A DNA stretch of 64,000 nt from assembly GCA_964016885.1 (NCBI GenBank), contig OZ024742.1, positions 67,084,001 through 67,148,000 on the forward strand, given 5' to 3'. The stretch is from Eledone cirrhosa (lineage: Eukaryota). The translations under genes were made by a program, and so were the position numbers. Shown piece after piece: positions 37,299 to 50,402 of this stretch; the stretch's first letter is position 1, and the number at the start of each line of letters is the position of its first letter. The notes beneath the pieces were generated by a model. The model saw only the letters and a program-made list of their open reading frames with translations, did no database searches and was not told the origin of the DNA.

Positions 37299-37359
37299 TA
37301 TTCTATTATATATATTTCAAGGGTGCCAAAACTTTGGTACGCTTTCATCAGATAAAATA
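37299..37359 (-). ncRNA. type I hammerhead ribozyme
   Basis: - strand TATTTTAT-CTGATGA-AAGCGTACC(AAAGTTTT)GGCACCCTT-GAAA-TATATA-TA^ATAGAATA. 8-bp stem I, intact core, palindromic stem III, 2 mismatches in stem II. Confidence 0.8.
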
Positions 37360-38124
37360 TAAAGATTGGTTAATAAATTTTGACATAACCAAGAAAAGAT
37401 ACCTTAACGGTTCACGTTTTCCTTGGATAGTGAAGGGATAAGAGAAGAGAAGTTAGATATTTTAAATGAGTAAGATGAGTATGCAAATGAGTTTGAGGTA
37501 TAGGGCTGAACAAAAAACGTTATTTTAGACGCTATGGAGAATTTAAATAATTAGGATATGTGTATGTATACGTAGGAAAGATGAAAAAAGAAGAATAGCT
37601 TGTATTTATGTTAATTTGGGGGAATGGTGGAATATGATTCCAGAGTTTCAATTTATTTAGCTATATTATAAGTTATAATATTGTATATATAATCAATGGA
37701 TTTATGAAGAATTATGGTTGTAAGTATTTTTATCTTATTACATTAAAATAGGTTATATGTATATAAATATCTATATAGATTAATAATTGTGAATGTATAA
37801 GTATTATAGAAATAGAAATAATAATTTACAATTATTAATTGTTTATATTTCTAATATGAGTTACGAAGGATTTGATTTTGTATTTTACATAAAAAAATAG
37901 GTGATTCAAGTTGTGAGAGGAGAACAATTTGTAGATTCGAATATTTTGTTCCAACATTGAAAATGTTTTCAAAATATTGTTAATTTAGCGAAGTTTATCG
38001 TACATATTATATTATGTTTATGTTTGCACGATTGAAAATGGAAAGGTAACTCCAATATTGTTTGTTAACCGTTAAATTTGATGAATGATTTACTCAGAAA
38101 ATATATAATTATTTCGAGTGGCGC

Positions 38125-38455
38125 GGATACCATTTGACAATTGCATGGCTCCACCGATTATCAGTGAATCGTACGACATGTCAAGCATATCTGAATTTGT
38201 TCAGACTGTACTCGGCGATAACGTTCTTCACGTCTGTACTTTCCTTGAGCTGCTCCTTTCGGATATTACCTCTTAAGGAGATAGCCAGCATCGAGCTTCC
38301 CACGCTCTTTGTTCAGTCAACTACAGTTCCTCTCCCTTTGAGAACCGCCCATATTTCATTGGTAGTACAACCTTGATGTTGAAGAGTGTACAAGTGGCTT
38401 TATCGAGGGTTGCTTTCAGCACATCCCTCACTCAGTTGAACGCCCTTCCAGGCTG
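38125..38455 (-). mobile_element. RTE-clade LINE relic
   Basis: Decayed LFN..VL..YG and MLAISL..E.LK..TDVKNVI..KFRYA.HVVRFTDNRWS. Confidence 0.55.
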
Positions 38456-39847
38456 ATGATATATGTGATATCCATACTAATACAATTCCCATTTCATATC
38501 TCTTTGTTTTTGTATGTGTGTATATGTGTAGTGTTTGTGTGTGTGTGTGTGTATGTGTGTGTATGTGTGTGTGTGTGTGTGTGATTTTGTACGTATGTTT
38601 GTGTTTGTTCGTGTATGAATTTAACTATGCGTCGCTTTACTTGTGCATAGGCCTTGTATGTATGTGTCTACTTAAATTCACATAAAAAATTCGATCACAC
38701 ATCTCCTTACCTCGCCTTTTTCCATTGAACAAAAATCATTCGCGTAAACTAATCAAAATGACTCGTATTCATATCATTATTAATTGTAAAGAAGTATTCA
38801 TAAAATACATAAGTGCTGGTATAAATTCTAAAAATACATCCGCCAACCAGATGAAATCATTTTTAAAATATGAAAGAAAATTTGAATATAAAAATTTGCT
38901 AAATTTGGGAATTTTGAGAATATTAAAGAAAATAATTGAACAGAAATTTTTGGGAAAGGAAGCATAATATTGTTTCCATGAATTCTAATTCAGTATTAGT
39001 ATTCTCAAGATGATAAGTTAATAAAATAACATTTTTTTATGTTTTTAATTGTCTCTCAAGAATAATTTCCATCTTACACATAATTCTCTCTTTAAAACTA
39101 ACATGATGACCATCTACGTCATCATCATTCCTACCATCGCAATCATCTTCAGTTTCTATTCCTCATCCAGCAATATTAGCACTACTAGTACCACTACAGA
39201 TACACTAAGCATTAACTACCATTAATACTATTAATACTGCGAATTAATACCATATAACACGAAACACTATTGCCTCTAATATCTCCACAAATTGCGTCGA
39301 CCTTATTAAATGTTTCACCTGCTCATTCACCACTTTTGCCGCATTATTCTAACTAGCAGATAAACCAAACTTCCGGTTGTTTTCTGCTAGCATGTGTAGT
39401 GTGCATATTGATATTATAAACAAATATATATGCATGTATATATGATAGGTCAAATGAAATCCTAATTATCAATATGCACAGAAATTGAACGAAATCTGTG
39501 TTACACTCTCTACTGTAATCACTAAACCATGATATATTATAAAAAGACTATATTATATATATAAGCTGTATATAAAATGAACTAAAATATTATGAAAAGG
39601 AAAAAGGAAAAAATTAGTTAACGAAATAAAAACCTTATATGACGATGCAAACATATGAAGGTTTATATAAGAGATGTGCTAAGTATTATAATATAACAGA
39701 CTCTAACCGTAGTGTTGGCATTTGAAAATTTTAAAGAAGTGAATCTTGAAATAAGCAATATTTTATTTATAAGATTATTTATGTTTAAGCGAGAGCAGCG
39801 AAATTTAGTATATACATTACATAATATCCATTCATTATTTATTCAAA

Positions 39848-40036
39848 ATGGCGGTGGATTGGCAGTATCGGTAGAGGGTCGGACGCCATGCTTTGACGCA
39901 TAGATTTACGGCCCTTGCCATTCTGAGTTCAAATCCTGCCGAGGTTAGCTTTGCCTTTCATCCTAACGCAGTCGATAAAATAAAGTACCAGTAATACACT
40001 GGGAAGATTGCTGGCCTTGTGCCAAAAGTAGAAACA
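39848..40036 (+). mobile_element. SINE copy with 14-bp target-site duplication
   Basis: Same family as 30332; ATTATTTATTCAAA at 39834-39847 and 40037-40050. Confidence 0.92.
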
Positions 40037-40729
40037 ATTATTTATTCAAAGTAATTCAACTTATTTTACTAACGGAATAAAAAATATATAAAACGGACGC
40101 TATCCCGCACCCCTGCCTTTACTATATTATAGATGGTAATGATCATCATTATTATACACAAACCAATCAACATTAGTACCGTTATCATTAACGTGGTTAT
40201 CGTCATTATCATCATCATCATCGTCATCATCATCATCATATTCCTCATCATAATCATATTCATCATCATCGTCAACACCATCAACATAAGTCATTATTAT
40301 TATCGTCATCATCAATATCATCAACATCAACTTCATCATCCTCGTTGTACCCCTGCTCATTTTCTCCCCCTCTTGATCACCGCCATCAACACCATTATAA
40401 AATTCACATAAAATTCTTGCCGAAAAAGAATGTATGTTCCATATTAAAGTCAGAGACTGTCGCTGTTTTCACCCAGTGTATTATTCTCTTTCTTTTGTAT
40501 CTTGGTTAATTTTCATCGGTGTCTTATTCTTCACTTTATAAATGTCATATGGTTTATGTCATGATTCTGCATAGTGTATATCTAGTTCACTAACATTAAG
40601 AGACAGAATTCTACGAACAATTTTCATATAAGCCGATTATTGCCAATCCATTGAAGCTTTGTGACGGGAAATCTCAAAAATGCAAGGTTTTATAAGCAAC
40701 TATTTGTTTATGAATAACAATAAGAATAA

Positions 40730-40753
40730 TTATATATATATATATATATATAC

Positions 40754-40846
<93 letters not shown>

Positions 40847-41016
40847 TATATATGTATATACATACATATATATATATATATATAAATATATATATGTATA
40901 TACATACATATATATATATATAAATATATATATGTATATACATACATATATATATATAAATATATATATGTATATACATACATATATATATATATATATA
41001 AATATATATATATATA
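40730..41016. repeat. (TA)n microsatellite with higher-order interruptions
   Basis: Direct reading. Confidence 0.95.
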
Positions 41017-41097
41017 TTAGAAAGTGAGGTTTTTTTTACAAAATGAAAAATAACCGAGGTGTCCTACACGAGTGAAAGTATAAAGAAAAAAGATGAA

Positions 41098-41714
41098 ATC
41101 GAAAATGCAACTGGAGTCTTATTTAAAAATATTTATATTTATTTATTTGGTTCCTTTACCGGTTTCACAGTTCTTCTGCTTTTCAAAGGTAGCGTTGAGA
41201 TGGAGGGTCGGTGGTTTTTCTCACATTTGGTTGGTCTTTGAATGTTACTTGTTTTATATGGAAAAAAGTGACTCGAAGCGGCAGGTGTTTAGAGAAGTAA
41301 TTTGATTGGTTGGTCAATAATTATAATAAATTTCGCGCCAGTTCGCGTTACAAAGTTCTTCAAACAGGGGGGGGGGGGGGGGGGGGGGGCTCAGGTTGTT
41401 TTTTCATATATGAATGTTTGAATTTCTTTTTACTTAAAAAAAAAAGGGGCTCACGAACGCTTTTTTTAAATAAACGTAGTTTGATTGGTTATAAATGAAA
41501 TTATGGCTGTCACGTGAACAAGTTTTCATCAAATTTCGTGCACGTATTTGGAAATTTATTTGTAGCCTTTTTAGAGAATTTTATGACAAGCGAAAGAGAA
41601 CTGGGATGGGAGAATTGTGCTGGTTCAGTGAATATGTTTAGTTCGCTGATGTCAGAATTCAGATTTTCTATTGAAATAAAGAAAGTAAAGATATGTATGT
41701 TTATTTGGGTGCTT

Positions 41715-41767
<53 letters not shown>

Positions 41768-42551
41768 AATTTATTTTTACTTAAAAAAAGGAGCTCACGA
41801 AGGCTTTTTTTAATAAACGTAATTTGATTGGTTATAAATCAAATTACGTTTATTAAAAAATAGCCTTCGTGAGCCCCTTTTTGTTACGTAAAAAGAAATT
41901 CAAACACACACACACACACACATACACACACACAAGCACACAAATAAACATACATATCTTTACTTTCTTTATTCCAATAGAAAATCTGAATTCTGACATC
42001 AGCGAATTAACCATATTTCACTGAAACAGAACAATTCTCCCATCCCATTTCTCTTGACCATTATCTTTTGCTTGTCATAAAATTCTCTAAAATGGCTAGA
42101 GAATAAATTTCCGAATACGGGCGCGTAATTTGATGAAAACTTGTTCACGTGACAGCCATAATTTCATTTATAACCAATCAAATTACGTTTATTTAAAAAA
42201 AAGCGTTCGTGAGCCCCATTTTTTAAGTAAAAAGAAATTCACACATTCATATATGAAAAACCAACCTGAGCCCCCCCCCCCTTTGTTTGAAGAACTTTGT
42301 AACGCGAACTGGCATGAAATTTATTATAATTATTGACCAACCAATCAAATTACTTCTCTAAAACCTGGCGTTTCGAGCCACCTTTTTCCATATAAAACAA
42401 GTAACATTCAAAAACCAACCAGATGTAAGAAAAAACACAGACCATCCATCTCAATTCTACTTTTGAAAAGCAGAAGAACTGTGAAACCGGTAAAGGAACC
42501 AAATAAATATATATATTTTTTTTTAAATAAGTCTCCAATTGCATTTTCGAT
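41098..42551. repeat. ~1.45 kb fold-back (long inverted repeat)
   Basis: 41098-41829 is the reverse complement of 41837-42551, including (TG)n/(CA)n and poly-G/poly-C; internal direct repeat 41417-41496 / 41764-41840. Confidence 0.92.
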
Positions 42552-42981
42552 GCAGAAACTGTTAAACCATGTGCGTCACACAGTCTTTTAAATTATTTAG
42601 AAGTGAAGCATATCAATTTGTCCCTGGATGTTTACTGAGGAGAGCAGGACATGATATTCCTACACTTATTTATCTCGAAACATATTTGGATTTTAAAGTT
42701 TAAACTTATCTACGGAACAGGTTTGATTTTGAAATTTAAATGTGTCTAAACATCATAGCCTTTTGGCAATGCAGTTCGTCTTTGTTGATTTATTATTTTA
42801 AATCTATATGGACAAACTGTAGTATAATAATTAGTATACTTCAATCTGGCTAAATTTTCTTTTGCAATATATATACAGATGTGTTGGTATCTGTGTTTCA
42901 TCATATATATTAGTTTATACACGGCTCAGGGGTATTTTCCTCCTCCGAGCTAATTCCATTGTAAAAGAATTCATTACCTTA

Positions 42982-43042
<61 letters not shown>

Positions 43043-43082
43043 AAATATATGTATATATATATGTATATATTATATATATATG

Positions 43083-43141
<59 letters not shown>

Positions 43142-44689
43142 CATGTGTGTGTGTATGTGTGTGTTACGTGAGTAACTACAGTTGCAACTGATTCACCGTT
43201 CGAAAAGCTCGATGCTGCTTGAAGTTCTTTTCGTGTTAGGATGTATTGAAGAGTTAAGTCGGTTGTAGTGTGCAGATTGTAAATACACCAAGTAGGATCG
43301 TAGGATCAAATATAGATGCCGCTTTCTTTTTGCACCGGTCGCCCTAGCGACCTCAGGCGTCCTTGGACACCTGAGAATTTTCTTAGAATCGGATTGATAG
43401 CAGCCTGTTTCATGATAAAGCCCCACGAAGTGAGAAGGCTATTGCAACGTTGGTGGCTAATCATTGTCCGCGGATATACCTTTGCTATTTTGTCCGTGGG
43501 ACACAGCCGAAACAAAACTCTGATCTTCGAGTAGATTCTCTCACCCTCTCCCCGTACCCCTTTTTTACCTCTATTTTCTTCTTCATTACCCTCTCCCAAT
43601 ACTGCTCTCTGTGTCTGTATATGTAAATAGTGATAATTAGAAGTGCCACTAACATAACGTGGTTCAGGATAGGGGTGTATTTGAAAGCTGATTGGACATA
43701 CTTATTTATAATAAGTATGAGAGCCTTATTATAAATATCTTTAAAGTTGTGATTATGTAACAGTCATTTAAGATTCAATGAGAATGTCTGATAATTATTT
43801 GTTTTATACATCATCGGTGAAATATATTCACTTACTACTCTGATATGATTCTTCCGATTTAAACATCGTCTGAGTAAGCTTCTTTTCGTATAGTGCAATC
43901 TTGGCTGGTGACAGGGAGATAATTGGCAGTGACACGAACATAACGTGCGTCCCGAAAAGGGGTGTATATCAAAGCATATTCGATATGTTTATGTTATAAT
44001 AAACACGAGAGGGTTTTTGATTATATGTTACCGCTTTTAAAATCATTCATAGCGAGACTCACTATCTAAACTATAATACATAATGTCTGTGGGACTTCGT
44101 ACAGTTTATTTCTTTTAATCCAGTTAGTAAAATAAGTTGGATTACTTTGAATAGAAAAGGAATGGTTATTACATAATTTATGTACTAAATGTCGTAAACA
44201 AAAATATATAATGAAAGATAATTTCGTAAAAATAAATAATTTCAAAATGACTTCTTTTCAAATTTGCACTCCCGGTATATCGTCACCACCACCACTAATT
44301 CAACTACCATATATATAGAAAGAGAGAGTATATGATGAGAGAGATAATGACATGTATGATTGTGCACATACATGCATCTATATGTATGAGTATATAACTA
44401 TTATGAGTATATAACTATAATCGTGCAAACACAAACTTATAAAAATACACATACATTCACACAAATACACATACTTTCACACAAATACACATACTTTCAC
44501 ACACATATACATACATTCAGACATATACATGTACACAAACATACATACATTCACACAAATATACATACATTCAGACATACTTTCCCACAAACATACATAC
44601 ATTCACACATATACATTTACACAAACACACACATACAGTCATGATAGTGTTCGGTGAATTGGAGTTGGGAGGGTAAAACAAGTATAACG

Positions 44690-45345
44690 TTTTATTTATT
44701 TACTAACTCTTTATTTATTAACTCTTTTTTTTTTAAACTCATTTAATATAATGGTTACAGAACAAAAACATTAACAAATATAATATATACAAAGGAATAG
44801 GAAAGGAAAAAAAGAAAGAGAAAAAATACAAAAGCAGACACATCTTAGGCCACATAGAACAAAATGCAGACGAAAGAGTGGGAAAACGACCCGCTACCAG
44901 AGCAAAAGATAGCAGTAGAGCGAGGAGCACTGGGAAACCTCTCTAATAATTTTTGAGGCAAGCCATCACGCTCGCAGCGTTACCTGGGGTGATGGTGAGG
45001 CTGAGGTGCTGGAGCAACCAAGTGCCCTCACAAGCATCACCAATTACCTCTGTTTGGCGAGCCGCCAATGAAGATAAGGACCGCGCTATCAGTAGCCCGA
45101 TTTCCCCAAACGTCTCGAACGCCACAGGCTGGATATGTATTTAGCTGACAGAAAACGGTATTTTTGGATTTTGTTCCGTTCAGCTGCGGCTGCTGTAGCT
45201 ATCACCCATACCGCCGCATCCAGAATGTGGGAAGAAGCAAAATAGTCACTAACTGTGACGTCCCAGGTAAGGCACCTGCCTCTTGACCAGGTACACAGAG
45301 TAAGACCGTCAAGTCTTTTCCCAACAATTCAGGACAACCCAGATG
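44690..45345 (-). mobile_element. CRE-clade RLE LINE 3' fragment
   Basis: GKRLDGLTLCTWSRGRCLTWDVT and AFETFGEIG..LLQHLSLTITPGNAASV, then 3' UTR. Confidence 0.75.
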
Positions 45346-45589
45346 GTTATAAATTTGAAGGGATGTTTGCCCGGGCCAAAGCTCTTGAGTGGTAATAGGA
45401 CAGTGTGTGTATGTGCACGCACGTGAGTTTGTCGGCGTTCTTAAATTAGAGACACGTGTGTGTGTCACTGTTTTTAAGTTAGACATATACGTGTGTATCC
45501 CTTTCCTTCCTTATACACACACATACATTCACACAAACACACATACACATTGTGCGATGGACGGGTGGACAGAAGTCCCTCAAACTTAT

Positions 45590-46210
45590 ATACATGTGAA
45601 TGGAGTTCTACTGAAGCAGTTAGAGAAGTTCAAGTATGCTGGAGCCGTGTTCATGAGTGATGCAATGCAGGAGGCTGAATTAAATGCAAGCATTGTAAAA
45701 ACTGATGCAGTAAAGTGCCAGCCTCAGCAATCAGATGAAGGGGGGTAGGTGTAAATACCAAACTCGCTGTCTTCCTGGTATTCCTGCCAACTCTTACCGA
45801 TGAACTTGAATCTTGAGTAATGTCCAAAAGAATAGAATTGCAAATAAAAGTGGCAGAAATGGGATTACTCCAAAGGGCCTTACTCGATAAAGTGTCTAAC
45901 TCAGAGATCAGAGAGTCACTCCTGGTAGAAGCACTACTTCTCCGAACTGAGAGATCACAACTCCTATATTATGAGCATGTGGTTAGAATGTCTCAGTAAA
46001 GAATCACTGGATATATTTTACAGGCAAAACCAGCCGACAGGAGACCCAGAGGTAGACCTAGAGCAAGATAGTTGTATAACATCCATGAGGTTGGCTGGTC
46101 ACGCTTTGGGATCCAGCTGGATGAGTTAGAGATGTTTGCTACTGACAGACTGTTTGAGAAGGACTCTACCCCCACGACCCTCTCAGAAATAATTGGGTGA
46201 AAAAGAAGAT
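45590..46210 (+). mobile_element. RTE-clade LINE 3' fragment
   Basis: QLEKFKYAG, DKVSNSEIRESL, HVVRM, RPRGRPRAR. Confidence 0.75.
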
Positions 46211-46979
46211 ATTGTCAATTTACTTTTCAATTTATATATTTCTGTATGCATATATATTTGCATATAATACCAATATGCTCAATATATATGCTAGCAGAAA
46301 ACTGCCTGGCTGGCGGTTTTTCCGCTAATTCTATATAAACAACGTATATGCTTGCATAGCTTTCATAAATGATATGTATGATAATCAGATTATCCGTGCA
46401 TCGAGATAAGAGATTATATTGTATACATACAGTATGCTAAGATTGAGGACTCCATTCATAAATTAGACATGAATGACAAATCACATTTCCTTATTGACAG
46501 AATCATTGATCAATGAATATCATTTGATAATCAAAGATAATTGTGGTATTATATTATATTTGTAAGATTTTTTGTGATGATTTAGCGTGAATATTTGAAA
46601 GATAATGGAGTAAGTAGAAGTCAAAAAAGGGTTTTAAATATTCGACAAGCTAACGCTGTGTTAAAATATAGTATTTCACAAGTTTGGTATTAGGTATATG
46701 CGGAAGTTCGCAAAATAATGAAATGCTTGTCAAGAAGGAAACCAAATATTGTCTGGGACATCGCTAAACACTTTCTCCCACTTTCTTTAGCTCTCTTTCA
46801 ACATATAATTATAGCTGTGTTAGCGCACGTGCCAGGTGTGTGTGCCTTTGAGTAAATACCAACATACAATATTCTCAATATATAGAAATATATATTAGAT
46901 TTCACGCACATAGAAATACACATCCCTCCCCCTCACACACATACACACATACACACACACACACACATGAATATATGTA

Positions 46980-47810
<831 letters not shown>

Positions 47811-47941
47811 ACCTTGACTCTGTTTTCCGTTTATTTTTCACCGAAAGTAGTTTTTGAATGCATCTTCTCTGTTCATGATATCCGGATTACATTGAGTTCT
47901 TCATACGGATTGGACACTACCGTAAACTTTTGGTAGATTTA

Positions 47942-48013
<72 letters not shown>

Positions 48014-48860
48014 TGTAGATATAGATATATACATACATGCGTATGTGGGTGTGGGTGTGCGTACGTGTATGTAAACGTTTGTGTAATAAATCATTACATT
48101 AGCTTTCACCCGAACTGAAAAATAAAATAAAGTAAGTGATTTTCGTTTAAATCAAAGGGAACACCAGAAGATTTTCTTTGAACGCCTTTCAACAAAAATG
48201 ATACAATTCTAACAATCTATATCATACTTCACTAAACTACAAAATACCAGGGTGGATAAAACAACATTACAATACACCACATCACAGTACACTAAACTAC
48301 AAAGCATTTAATACATGGCATCTTTTTAAGACACTTTTGGCCATGGGCGATGACTCCTTTGCAGGGGACAGACATGGAGAAGGTGATGTGTAGAAGAGCA
48401 ATAGTCGTCTGTGTATGCAACATTTATTCTCTCCATAAGTGTAAGGCCAAGGCCAATAGAGCTCTGCACTAATGACGTTACAGATATACTCTGTAAGTAA
48501 AGAAAGCCTTCAAAACATTTCATCGGGCAATCTAATTATTCAGCTCATTGATTTCTCTGGATTTGTAGTTTAAGTATCTGCAGGATTACAAAAAGGGTAA
48601 ATTGACTTCAGCAGTTGCTAAACTCATAACGTCGTAGCAATCATAAGGAAGCATTTCAATATGATGCACCATTAACGTTGCTAATTTACCTTCATACAAT
48701 ATCATGTGTCGAAATATACTACACCACATCTTTGTACTTCGTCGTACTACACTGCATCATTATACATCACAACACAATGCACCTCTTGGCTTCATTATGG
48801 TAAAAAAACGCACCTCGATTGGTGCATAATTACAACCTTGCAGAATCGCTTATAAGACAT

Positions 48861-49078
48861 TGGTTTCTGATTTAGGCACTCGGCCAACAATTTTGGGGCA
48901 GAGTAAAGTCGATTAAATCGACCCCAGAGCATTACTGGTACTTTATTTTATCGAGCGCATAATGATGAAAAGCAAAGCGAAAATCGGCAGGATTTAAACT
49001 GAGATCATAAATGACCGTATCTCTGGGCCATAAAGCTTGTTGTCGGACGCTACGCTGATGTTGCCAATCCACAGCCCT
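48861..49078 (-). mobile_element. older, diverged SINE copy of the same superfamily
   Basis: CATTACTGGTACTTTATTTTATCGA..GATGAAAAGCAAAG..GATTTAAACTGAG matches the SINE core. Confidence 0.75.
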
Positions 49079-49779
49079 ATATCACTCGATAATATTGAAT
49101 TATATCACATTACATTAAATTACTGTACACTATGATAAAACATTCGACATCATACCGCGTCATATATAACAATTCTATCAACGCAAACTCCATGGTTCTA
49201 ATCACACAACGCTACTAAAATCTAAATCATGTCAACATGACATTTACAATAAAACACATTTTATTGTGACGTATTAACAAGCTTTATGACAAAGAATAAT
49301 TTTATGAAACAAAAGGATTTTTTTTAACTTGCGCAACAATCATGTACGTGAAAATTGGGTTACAAATACATGTAATTTTCTAAAGATCATCTTTGACATA
49401 TATGAAACCAATGATTATCTACATACATATATACACACGCACGCACAGACGCACTCATTTATAAGCAGAGAGAGAGCAAGTTCGCATTGTATAAATATCA
49501 ACACAGTATACTGTAAGACCATCATAGTGGATGATGGGATATATACGATCTTCTGAAACAACTGTAATATAAATACTACAATAATAGCAAAAACACAACT
49601 AAACAATAAAGCATATAGAAGCGAAGCCACCAGCAGCTGCAACCTCAACAATCAAAACCATTACTTCAACAAATACTATTATAGCCCTGTTAACAAACTG
49701 CTTTCACGCCAGCACCTCCAGTACCACCACCAAATCAAGAACAAAAACCACCACAAGCAACATCATAGCAACAACCACA

Positions 49780-49831
<52 letters not shown>

Positions 49832-49875
49832 CTACTAATACTACTACTACCACTACTACTACTATTACTACTACT
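49780..49875. repeat. (ACT)n microsatellite
   Basis: Direct reading. Confidence 0.9.
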
Positions 49876-50332
49876 AAGACCAACCCTTCCGCCAGCGTCA
49901 TAACGAACACTACTCGACTACAATTTATATTCACGTGCAATACACATTTCATACATTTTTCTAGTGAATCAGCCATATAATGAGATAGAAATAAAATATA
50001 CATGAAGTATAGAGGGAGAAAAATAGAGACAGTTAAGGAGATAAAGCGAAAGTAGAGATATTGATATAGTGCAGTGAACAATAGATTCTGAAGCCATCCT
50101 GTGATTATGTTGACAAGAGAAAATCGCTCTTCCAAATTAGAGATTCATAAAGTTTATACAGTCCCTCTTTTGTCAACATCTAATTGCAATTAGCTCCAAA
50201 TTGTTTCCCCTCTATTCAACCTATTTGCTTTACTACGGGTTAACTCCATACCATACATTAAATCTGTATAGTTTAGCTTGTAAAAATTATTCTATTTCTA
50301 CTGTCTACTCTCTACGTCATTGTCCCCCGCCC

Positions 50333-50402
<70 letters not shown>

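Noticed and set aside
43395-43480. HHR-like motif on - (CCGCGGA..GAAACAGGCTG)
   Set aside because: Two core mismatches and no convincing stem I
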